A stretch of DNA of 64,000 bases, taken from positions 7,334 through 71,333 of the forward strand of contig CAWBJK010000004.1 of assembly GCA_963789095.1 (NCBI GenBank), written 5' to 3'. A program made the translations under genes and the position numbers. Positions 8,577 to 16,333 of the stretch are shown one piece after another (position 1 is the stretch's first letter; every line of letters begins with the position of its first letter). This stretch comes from an uncultured Actinomycetota bacterium. GTDB lineage: Bacteria > Actinomycetota > Actinomycetes > Actinomycetales > Microbacteriaceae. The notes below the pieces were generated by a model, which did not search any database, had not been told where the DNA came from, and was given only the letters and a program-made list of their open reading frames with translations.

Positions 8577-10247
8577 CTATTCGGACAGCTCGACCATGTT
8601 GTACACCTCGTCCTGGACAGGGCTCGCCGGGTAGGACGTCACGCGCGAGTCGAACGCGAGCGTCGGCACCGGGTGGGCCAGCGGGACTCCGGGGATGAAC
8701 TGCGCGATCTGCTCGTTGATCGCCTCGTAGGCGGGCGTCTGCTCGTCTTCGCTCTTCAGCCCGCGCGCCTCGGTCAGCGCCGAGAAGAGCTCCGGGTTGT
8801 CGAAGCCCCACTCGTTCGTCTCGGCTCCGAAGAACACGCCCACGAAGTTGTCGGGGTCGTTGTAGTCGCCGGTCCAGCCGAGCAGGTGGATGCCGTGGTC
8901 GTCGCCGCCCTGCATCCGGTCGAGGTACTCGCCCCACTCGTTCGACTCGGCCGTGATCTTCACGCCGACCGCCTCGAGCTGGCTCTGCAGGTTCGCGAAG
9001 ATCTGCTCGGGGTTGGGCATGTACGGACGCGAGATGTTCACGGGGTAGTTGAACAGGAGCTCCAGCGGGTTCGACTCGTCGTAGCCGGCATCGGCGAGCA
9101 GCTCCTTGGCAGCCTCGGGGTCGTACGGGTAGGTCGTCACGTCGGAGTTCCAGCCGATGACGGTGTCGGGCATGAACTGGGTCGCCGCGACCGTGCCCTC
9201 CGGCAGCACCTGCGTGATGAGCGCGTCCTTGTCGATCGCCTGCGTGAGCGCCTGCCGCACCTTGATGTCGTCGAGGCCCGGGAAGGCCTGGTTGAACGCG
9301 AGGTACAGCACGTTGAACGGCGCGCGGTTGACGAGCGTGAAGCCGGCGTCCTCCAGCGCACCGAGGTCGGCGGGAGCGACGAGGTCGAAGCCGTCGATCG
9401 AGCCCGACTCGAGCGCCTGACGACGCGCCGTAGTGTCGCCGATGACCTTGAAGATCACCTTCTGCACCTGGCCCTGGTCGCCCCAGTACTCGTCGTAGAC
9501 CGAGAGCTCCGTCTGTGCGCCCGGCTCGTACGCGTCGAACTTGAACGGACCGGTGCCGGTGGGGTGTCCCTGGCCGTACTCGCTCTGCGTCGGTGCGTCG
9601 GCGGTGCCGCCCACCTCGTCGGCGCCGAACTCCTCGAGAGCCGTCGGGCTCTGGATGGCGAATGCCGGAAGCGACAGCGCCGGGATGAAGCCCGCGAACG
9701 GCTGCGTGAGGCGGAGGGTGACCTCGGTGTCGCTCGTCGCCTCGCAGCCGTCGTAGATCGAAGTGCCGGTGTCGGCGTAGCCGCGCATGAGAGCACCCCA
9801 GTAGTACGACATGCTCGGAGCTGCCGCGACGCCCGTGAAGTTGTTCTGACGGTCGAAGTTGAAGCACACCGCCTCGGCGTTGAAGGCGCTGCCGTCGTGG
9901 AAGGTCACGCCTTCTTCGAGCTGGAACGTGTACGAGAGACCGTCGTCCGAGACCGTCCACGACTTCGCCAGCAGCGGTGCCGGGTCGGCCGTGCCGGGCT
10001 CCACGCCCACCAGGCCCTCGAAGATCTGCCGCGAGATCCGGAACGACTCGCCGTCGCTGGCGAACGCCGGGTCGAGGCTCGACGGGTCGCCCGAGGCCCC
10101 GAACACGAACGTCGTGTCGACGTCGCTCGGCGCGTCGGTCTCGTCGTCGCCGCCGCCGCGCTGGCTGCTGCACGCGGTGAAGACGAGGGCGCTGATGGCG
10201 ATCGCCGCCACCCCCGTGAGTGCGCGCTTTCTCGAACTGGAGAGCAT
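8577..10247 (-). CDS. ABC transporter substrate-binding lipoprotein, family 5 (peptide/nickel, DppA/OppA-like)
   Basis: MLSSSRKRALTGVAAIAISALVFTAC is a lipoprotein signal with a lipobox Cys, followed by an SBP_bac_5-like body. GGAAGG RBS lies upstream of ATG 10247. Confidence 0.88.
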   Translation of the reverse strand: MLSSSRKRALTGVAAIAISALVFTACSSQRGGGDDETDAPSDVDTTFVFGASGDPSSLDPAFASDGESFRISRQIFEGLVGVEPGTADPAPLLAKSWTVSDDGLSYTFQLEEGVTFHDGSAFNAEAVCFNFDRQNNFTGVAAAPSMSYYWGALMRGYADTGTSIYDGCEATSDTEVTLRLTQPFAGFIPALSLPAFAIQSPTALEEFGADEVGGTADAPTQSEYGQGHPTGTGPFKFDAYEPGAQTELSVYDEYWGDQGQVQKVIFKVIGDTTARRQALESGSIDGFDLVAPADLGALEDAGFTLVNRAPFNVLYLAFNQAFPGLDDIKVRQALTQAIDKDALITQVLPEGTVAATQFMPDTVIGWNSDVTTYPYDPEAAKELLADAGYDESNPLELLFNYPVNISRPYMPNPEQIFANLQSQLEAVGVKITAESNEWGEYLDRMQGGDDHGIHLLGWTGDYNDPDNFVGVFFGAETNEWGFDNPELFSALTEARGLKSEDEQTPAYEAINEQIAQFIPGVPLAHPVPTLAFDSRVTSYPASPVQDEVYNMVELSE

Positions 10248-10427
10248 GGTGTGTGCACCTTCCGTGATGACTGTCCGGCGCAAGGCGCGGGTGCGCGCCC
10301 GCCGGGGATGGGAAAGACGCTACCGGCGAACCGGCGGAGCGACGGTTACACCTTTGTCTCGATCCTGTTTCGGTCGCTCCGGCCGCCCGGGCCGCTCGGG
10401 GGCGGGCGCTCCGGCTAGCGTGGAGGG

Positions 10428-11291
10428 ATGGCGAGGGCGCGGATCGAGCACGACGGGCCGTCACGGCGGCTGTCGGACGGGAGTGTCGCGCGCATCGTCC
10501 CGAGTCGGTTCGTGAACGGCTGGGAGCTCGACGTCGACGGCACACCGCAGTCGCACGTCGACCTCGACGACCCGACGCACCTGCACTTCGAATACGTCGC
10601 CCGCATGGGCGCGGTGATCGATCTGCTCCGGATGCCGGGCCAGCCGCTGACGGCGGTGCACCTGGGCGCCGGAGCCCTCACCCTGCCGCGCTACGTCGAG
10701 CACACCCGTCCGGGCTCGCGCCAGCAGGTGGTCGAGCTGGAGCAGCCCCTCATCGACCTCGTGCGCGAGCAGTTGCCGCTGCCGCGCGGCGCGCAGCTGC
10801 GGGTGCGGATCGGCGACGCGCGCGAGGTCGCGGCCAAGCTGCCGGCGGGTCTCGTGGGGGCGGCCGACCTCGTCGTGTCGGACGTGTTCGCGGGGTCGCA
10901 GACGCCGGCGCACCTCACGACCGTCGAGTACTACCGCACGCTCGCACGGCTGCTGGCGCCGGAAGGGGTGCTCCTGGTGAACGTCGCCGACGGCGCGGGC
11001 CTCGCCTTCGCGCGCCGGCAGGTGGCGACGGTACGGGAGGTGCTGGAGCACGTGATCGTGCTCGCAGAGGTGCAGACCCTGAAGGGTCGCCGCTTCGGCA
11101 ACCTCGTGATCGCGGCGTCGGCGGCGCCGCTTCCCACCGCCTGGCTTCCCCGCCTCATGGCCGCCGGACCGCACCCCGCGAAGGTCGCGCAGGGAGCCGA
11201 GCTGGACGAGTTCTCCCGCGGCGCGCGGGTGAGCATCGACAGCGACGCGCAGGCCTCGCCGAAGCCGTCGTCGGCTCTTTTCGAGCGCTGA
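10428..11291 (+). CDS. Spermidine-synthase-like SAM-dependent transferase family protein
   Basis: The pattern LHFEYV...VHLGAGALTLPRY...VELEQPLIDL...DLVVSDVF...LAPEGVLLVNVAD is typical of spermine/spermidine synthase-like proteins. Confidence 0.65.
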   Translation: MARARIEHDGPSRRLSDGSVARIVPSRFVNGWELDVDGTPQSHVDLDDPTHLHFEYVARMGAVIDLLRMPGQPLTAVHLGAGALTLPRYVEHTRPGSRQQVVELEQPLIDLVREQLPLPRGAQLRVRIGDAREVAAKLPAGLVGAADLVVSDVFAGSQTPAHLTTVEYYRTLARLLAPEGVLLVNVADGAGLAFARRQVATVREVLEHVIVLAEVQTLKGRRFGNLVIAASAAPLPTAWLPRLMAAGPHPAKVAQGAELDEFSRGARVSIDSDAQASPKPSSALFER

Positions 11292-11400
11292 ATTCCCGGC
11301 CCGAAGGTCGCGTCGGGAGGTGGCTCGGCGTGCCTCAGGCCGTTCGCAGGAGCACGGGCGACACTGGAGGGGCGAACCGCCAGCGGCGAAGGGAGACACG

Positions 11401-11922
11401 GTGAGCTACATCCTCGGATACGACCCGGAGACGCTGCGCGAGAAGGTCGATCCCCGCCGGTGCAAGGAACGCCTGCACGAGCTGGGCGACCAGCGGAGCC
11501 TGCCCGCTCTCCTCGAGCGCGTGTGGCTGCTGAAGGTGCTCGACCGCCTCGACGACGCCCTCGTGATCTCGGAGCAGTCTGTGCGCGTCGCCCGCATGGG
11601 CGGCACCCGGAAGGACCTTCTGCGCGCCCGCATCCTGCACGCCACGATCCTGCAGTTCCGCGGCGCGTACGCTGCCGCGGTGCAGGAGCTGACGACCTGC
11701 GCCGAAGAGGCGGAGGGGCAGGGCTGGTCGGCACTCGCGGCCTTCGCCTACCAGCACCGCGGCAAGGTGCATTTCGACGCGGAAGACTTCGCGGAGGCGC
11801 GCAGCGACTTCAAGCGCGCGCTGTTCCTCCGCCAGGAATCGGGCGCTCCGGAAGACCAGCTCGAGTCGACGCTCCTCGCGATCGAGGCCGCCGACCGCCG
11901 TCGCACCGCCGTCGCCAGCTGA
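11401..11922 (+). CDS. Hypothetical protein, TPR-like helical
   Basis: GTG 11401 is preceded by a GGGAGA RBS. The helical repeat content is TPR-like (AFAYQHRGKVHFDAEDFAEARSDFKRAL). Confidence 0.5.
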   Translation: MSYILGYDPETLREKVDPRRCKERLHELGDQRSLPALLERVWLLKVLDRLDDALVISEQSVRVARMGGTRKDLLRARILHATILQFRGAYAAAVQELTTCAEEAEGQGWSALAAFAYQHRGKVHFDAEDFAEARSDFKRALFLRQESGAPEDQLESTLLAIEAADRRRTAVAS

Positions 11923-11952
11923 CTGTCGGACCCCCGACGTAGCCTTGCCGGA

Positions 11953-12441
11953 ATGACAGACCTGCTCGCCGTCCGCCGCGACGCCGAGGCGCTCCTCGCA
12001 GAGCACCTCGACGCGTCGTGGAGCTTCGCGTTCGACAACGCCAAGCGCCGCGCCGGAGCATGCGACTACACCCGCAAGCGGATCACCCTGTCGCGCTACC
12101 TTGCGGCCCGCTACGACGACGAGACCAACCGCCAGACGATCCTGCACGAGATCGCCCACGCGCTGGCGGGTGCCCGGGCCGCTCACGGCACCGCGTGGAA
12201 GCGCACGGCTCGCGCGATCGGCTACACCGGCGGCGTCACGCACCACGGCGAGACGGCTACGGAACTGGCACCGTGGGTGGGCGTGTGCCCCGCGGGGCAC
12301 GTCGCCTACCGGCACCGCCGGGCAACCCGTCCCACCTCGTGCGCGGCCTGTTCACGTCGCTTCGACGACCGCTTCCTGTTCACCTGGACACGGCGTGAGA
12401 TCACGCCCGCCACGCGTCTCGCGGCGATGACGCCCCGCTGA
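11953..12441 (+). CDS. SprT-like zinc metalloprotease domain protein
   Basis: HEIAHAL zinc motif plus a C-terminal Cys-rich segment (CPAGH...CAACSRRF). Confidence 0.75.
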   Translation: MTDLLAVRRDAEALLAEHLDASWSFAFDNAKRRAGACDYTRKRITLSRYLAARYDDETNRQTILHEIAHALAGARAAHGTAWKRTARAIGYTGGVTHHGETATELAPWVGVCPAGHVAYRHRRATRPTSCAACSRRFDDRFLFTWTRREITPATRLAAMTPR

Positions 12442-12565
12442 CAGCGCGCCGTCCCGCTCCGCTGTCCGCCGGGCTGTCCGCTCGGCCGCGCACTGGGCGG
12501 TCCGCTGGCTGTCTGCCGGCATCCCGCGCGCGGGAGAGGCGTGGGGCGGGGGACGCCGCGGCGCG

Positions 12566-13207
12566 TTACGCGACGAAAGCGCCGGTGCGCGGGTCGAGGC
12601 GCGGCACGACAGCCTCGACGTCGTGTGCACCCGCGTGCAGCACGTCGTCACGCCGCCCGCGCTCCGCGAGTTCGCGACCCGAACCGCTCGCGGTGAGCAG
12701 GTGCCGCACGGCTCCCCGCAGTCCCCGGAACGACTCGCACGCCGCGGCGGCCTCGGGGGAGGTGTGATCGATGCCGAGCGCGCCGAGCGCATCGATGATC
12801 GCGCCAGCCCCGAGGAGGTCTTCCACCGCGAATCGGAGCCCTGCCGAGGCGTCGTCGCCATGAGGGAGCTCCCCCGCCGCGATGACCGCGATGCTCGTGC
12901 GCTCCCCGCGTCGCTGCTGCTCCGACAGGACGGCATCGGCCACGGCGCCGGCGTTGCGGAGCGCTCCGAGGAGCACGACCGACGAGGTGGAGGCGTGCGC
13001 CGCGACCGCCGCGCCGTTGAGCGACGCGGCGTGGGCGGCCGCGTCGAGCGGCACGGTCTCCCCGCCCGCGACACGGTCGATGACCGACGTCGAGAAACGC
13101 AGCACGTCCACGACGACCACGACGTCCGACGGTGCGAGCCGGTCGAGACCGGTGACTCCCCACTCGAAGCGCACCTGGTACCCGGACTGGTCGAACACGG
13201 AGGACAT
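12566..13207 (-). CDS. 2-phosphosulfolactate phosphatase (ComB) family protein
   Basis: The N-terminus VVVVVDVLRFSTSV and overall length are typical of the ComB family. Confidence 0.65.
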   Translation of the reverse strand: MSSVFDQSGYQVRFEWGVTGLDRLAPSDVVVVVDVLRFSTSVIDRVAGGETVPLDAAAHAASLNGAAVAAHASTSSVVLLGALRNAGAVADAVLSEQQRRGERTSIAVIAAGELPHGDDASAGLRFAVEDLLGAGAIIDALGALGIDHTSPEAAAACESFRGLRGAVRHLLTASGSGRELAERGRRDDVLHAGAHDVEAVVPRLDPRTGAFVA

Positions 13208-13276
13208 CCGTCCAGGCTACGGGCCCGCCGCACGCCTGCGGATCAGGCACGGCACGGCCGGTCGCCGGCGGCGGCG

Positions 13277-13374
13277 GTTCACAACTCCGGAGATCTGCGC
13301 GCCCTCCGGCAGCCGCACCGCGGACCCGCGCGGGCGCAGCACGCTGGCCGCACCGGATCGCAGGAGTTGTGAAC
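13277..13374. repeat. Small element flanked by terminal inverted repeats (MITE/REP-like), intergenic copy
   Basis: Perfect 12-bp inverted termini: gttcacaactcc (13277-13288) and ggagttgtgaac (13363-13374). Both ends match a second copy at 41540-41624. Confidence 0.6.
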
Positions 13375-13430
13375 ACACGAGCACCGCGAGTCGCTGAGCG
13401 CGGGCGGGGTCAGGGGCCGCCCGTGGGCGG

Positions 13431-13832
13431 TCAGGGGGTCGGGTCGACGAGGAGGTTGGTGATGCGTGCGGTCGCGACGGGCGTGCCGTCGGCGAGCGCG
13501 ACGGTGATCTCGTAGGTGGCGATGCGCGACCCGGCATGGAGGGGCACCGCGGTCGCGACGATCTCGCCGTCGCGCGCACCGCGGTGGTGGGTGATGTTGA
13601 GGTCGACTCCCACGCACACCTTGCCCAGCGTGCTCGCGTGGATCATCGCGGCCCACGACCCGGTCGCCTCGGCGAGCGCCGCGCTCGCGCCCCCGTGGAG
13701 GAGCCCGAGCGACTGCGTGTTGCCGACGACGGGCATGCGGGTCACGACGCGATCGACGGACTGCTCCAGCACCTCGATGCCGAGCTTGCGGTCGAGCTCG
13801 CCGAAGGTGATGGTCCACACGGGGCGGCTCAT
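13431..13832 (-). CDS. PaaI-family hotdog-fold thioesterase
   Basis: GLLHGGASAALAE...GVDLNITHHR is a hotdog thioesterase pattern. The ATG at 13832 overlaps the TetR stop (ATGA). Confidence 0.8.
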   Translation of the reverse strand: MSRPVWTITFGELDRKLGIEVLEQSVDRVVTRMPVVGNTQSLGLLHGGASAALAEATGSWAAMIHASTLGKVCVGVDLNITHHRGARDGEIVATAVPLHAGSRIATYEITVALADGTPVATARITNLLVDPTP

Positions 13833-14548
13833 GACGCGCCCTCCCGTGGTGGGGAGCCGGTCGTGAGCGGTGCGGCCTCGGACGACGGGTTCTGGAGACC
13901 GTCGAGGATGACGGTGAGGATGTCGTGGCCGAGCCGGTCGCCGTCGATCGCTCCGCCGGGGCGATACCACTCGACGACGGAGTTGATCATGCCGAAGATC
14001 AGGCGGGCGACCACCGGCGCGTCGACGTCGGTGCGGATATCGCCTTCGCTCTGAGCGGCCGCCACCAGTGCTGTCACCTGCTGGTCGAAGCGGCGCCGCC
14101 GTTCGAGTGCGGCGAGTTCGACGGCGCTGTTGCCGCGCACGCGCAGGAGGAGCGTGACGGACGGGAGATGGTCGAGCAGCACGTCGGTGGCGCGGCGGAT
14201 GACGTGCCGGAGGCGGTCGATCGCCGGCAGGTCGAGCGTGGCGGCCTGGCCGAGCGCCGCTTCGAGGCCGCCGAGAGCCTCGTCGAGGGCGATCTCCAGC
14301 AGCGATTCCTTCGAGGGGAAGTGGTGGTAGAGCGCCGACTTGGTGAGTCCGAGGCGCTGGGCGACGTCGGAGACCGAGGTGGCGTCGTAGCCCTGCTCGT
14401 TGAAGAGCTCGAGGGCGATGTCGCGCACGCGGTCGCGGTCGTAGCCGGGTCGTCCGCGTCGGGCGCGGGGCGGCAGCCCGGATACGGGCGCCTCGGAAAC
14501 GGGTTGCGGGTCTGAGGGCTGCAGGTCGGAGGGCTGCGCATCGCTCAT
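13829..14548 (-). CDS. TetR/AcrR family transcriptional regulator, candidate PaaR-type repressor of the paa genes
   Basis: TetR HTH (IALELFNEQGYDATSVSDVAQRLGLTKSALYHHFPSKE). It is divergent from the paa operon, with an operator-like motif in the shared intergenic region. Confidence 0.8.
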   Translation of the reverse strand: MSDAQPSDLQPSDPQPVSEAPVSGLPPRARRGRPGYDRDRVRDIALELFNEQGYDATSVSDVAQRLGLTKSALYHHFPSKESLLEIALDEALGGLEAALGQAATLDLPAIDRLRHVIRRATDVLLDHLPSVTLLLRVRGNSAVELAALERRRRFDQQVTALVAAAQSEGDIRTDVDAPVVARLIFGMINSVVEWYRPGGAIDGDRLGHDILTVILDGLQNPSSEAAPLTTGSPPREGAS

Positions 14549-14623
14549 CGTGTCAGTCTCGCATCCCGTCGCGGCGCCGCAGCGCGTCGACTTGCCGGGC
14601 ATGTCGTCATGCTCGTATTATTC

Positions 14624-14639
14624 CTGAACGATCGGTCTG
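14624..14639. promoter_or_regulatory. Candidate TetR (PaaR-like) operator, copy 1
   Basis: ctgaacgatcggtctg is an imperfect palindrome around aacgatcgg. The identical 16-mer recurs at 18908-18923 upstream of paaA. Confidence 0.55.
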
Positions 14640-14696
14640 CAATTTTTTCTGCCTGAGCGAAGACGCGCGGCGCAGAGGGGGCCAGGAGAGGACAGC

Positions 14697-15467
14697 GTGC
14701 CGCAGACGCCACCGCCCGAAGGCACCGGCCGCCCCTGTGTGCGGGTCGAACGCCGGGGCGACCGCGTCGTGGCCACGCTCGATCGCCCCGAGCGGCGGAA
14801 CGCGATCGACCAGCGCATGATCGACGAGCTGCACGCGCTCTGCGCCGAGCTCGAGGCGCAGCCGCGGGTGCTCATCCTCACCGGATCGGGAGGCGACTTC
14901 GCCGCGGGCGCCGACATCGCCGAGCTGCGCGACCGCCGCGCCGCCGACGCGCGCCGCGCCATCAACGCGACCGTGTTCGACCGCATCGCCGCGCTGCCGA
15001 TGCCCGTCGTCGCCGCGATCGACGGCTACGCGCTGGGCGGCGGCGCCGAGCTCGCCTACGCTGCCGACATCCGCATCGGGACGGCCGCGGCCCGCATCGG
15101 CAACCCCGAGACGGGCCTCGGCATCATCGCCGCCGCGGGAGCGACGTGGCGGCTGCCGCGGATCGTGGGCGCGGGTCGCGCCGCCGACCTCCTGCTGACA
15201 GGACGCATCCTCCCGGCCGACGAGGCGCTCGCCTGGGGCCTGCTCTCGGCGCTGCACGCCCCCGACGACCTCCTGCCCGCCGCCCACACGATCGCCGACC
15301 GCATCGCGGCGAACGATCCGCGGGCGACCATCCACACCAAGACCGCGCTGCGTGCCCCCGCGGGCGAGCATCCCGCGATCGAGAAAGAGCTGCAGGCGGA
15401 GCTGTTCGAAAGCCCCGAGAAGATGCTGCGCATGACCGCCTTCCTCGACCGCCGGAGAAAGACATGA
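14697..15467 (+). CDS. Enoyl-CoA hydratase/isomerase family protein (PaaF/PaaG-type)
   Basis: Crotonase fold motifs (LTGSGGDFAAGADI, AAIDGYALGGGAELA). It is the first gene of the paa operon. Confidence 0.85.
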   Translation: MPQTPPPEGTGRPCVRVERRGDRVVATLDRPERRNAIDQRMIDELHALCAELEAQPRVLILTGSGGDFAAGADIAELRDRRAADARRAINATVFDRIAALPMPVVAAIDGYALGGGAELAYAADIRIGTAAARIGNPETGLGIIAAAGATWRLPRIVGAGRAADLLLTGRILPADEALAWGLLSALHAPDDLLPAAHTIADRIAANDPRATIHTKTALRAPAGEHPAIEKELQAELFESPEKMLRMTAFLDRRRKT

Positions 15468-16333
15468 CCGCGGCGCGTCCGTCCGCCGCCCTTCCCGCGC
15501 ACGTCGGCGTCATCGGCGGCGGGCGCATGGGAGCCGGCATCGCGCACGCGTTCCTGATGAGCGGCGCACGAGCGACGATCGTGGAGCGCGACGAGCCCGC
15601 CGCGACCGCCGCCGCCGCACGCGTGCGCGACATGATCGGGCGCTCGGTCGCGAGCGCCGCCCACGGCGACCCCGACGAGATCGCCGGCAGGCTGACGACC
15701 GGCACCGATACGCGCCTCCTGTCCGAAACCGAGCTCGTGATCGAGGCGGTGCCCGAGGATCGCGCCCTGAAGGCCGAGACCCTCGCCCGGGCCGAAGAGG
15801 CGGCGCCGCATGCGGTGCTCGCCTCCAACACGTCATCGATCTCGATCGACGCGCTCGCGGCGGGACTCTCCCGGCCGGAGCGCTTCCTGGGGCTGCACTT
15901 CTTCAATCCCGTCCCCGCGTCGCTCCTGGTCGAGGTGGTGGTGGGCGCCGCCACCGACGCGCGGGTGCGCGACGACGCCGCCGCCTGGGTGACAGCGCTC
16001 CGCCGGCAGGCGATCATCGTGCGCGACTCCCCGGGGTTCGCATCGAGCCGGCTCGGCGTCGCGCTCGCCCTCGAGGCGATCCGGATGCTCGAAGAGGGTG
16101 TGGCCGAAGCCGCCGACATCGACGCGGCGATGGAGCTCGGCTACCGGCATCCGGTCGGTCCGCTGCGGACGACCGATCTCGTGGGCTTGGATGTGCGCCT
16201 TGCGATCGCGGAGGAACTTGCCGCCACGCTCGGCGAGCGCTTCACCCCTCCGAAGCTGCTGCGCGACCTCGTCGCTGCCGGCCGGCTCGGCCGCAAGACA
16301 GGCCACGGATTCTACGAATGGAGCGGATCATGA
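15464..16333 (+). CDS. paaH: 3-hydroxyacyl-CoA dehydrogenase (3-hydroxyadipyl-CoA dehydrogenase)
   Basis: Rossmann motif VGVIGGGRMGAGIA plus the HFFNP motif. ATG 15464 overlaps the upstream stop (ATGA). Confidence 0.85.
   Translation: MTAARPSAALPAHVGVIGGGRMGAGIAHAFLMSGARATIVERDEPAATAAAARVRDMIGRSVASAAHGDPDEIAGRLTTGTDTRLLSETELVIEAVPEDRALKAETLARAEEAAPHAVLASNTSSISIDALAAGLSRPERFLGLHFFNPVPASLLVEVVVGAATDARVRDDAAAWVTALRRQAIIVRDSPGFASSRLGVALALEAIRMLEEGVAEAADIDAAMELGYRHPVGPLRTTDLVGLDVRLAIAEELAATLGERFTPPKLLRDLVAAGRLGRKTGHGFYEWSGS

Noticed and set aside
8337-10545. Long overlapping ORFs (8337..10418 plus strand, 8455..10545 minus strand) over the substrate-binding protein gene
   Set aside because: These are alternative frames of the real SBP gene (8577..10247, minus strand), which has a lipoprotein signal and family-5 SBP features. 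The alternatives are low-complexity Arg/Ala/Gly.
12442-12565. Direct repeats of ctgtccgc in the SprT/ComB intergenic region
   Set aside because: These are short GC-rich low-complexity repeats between convergent gene ends, with no clear structure or second locus.
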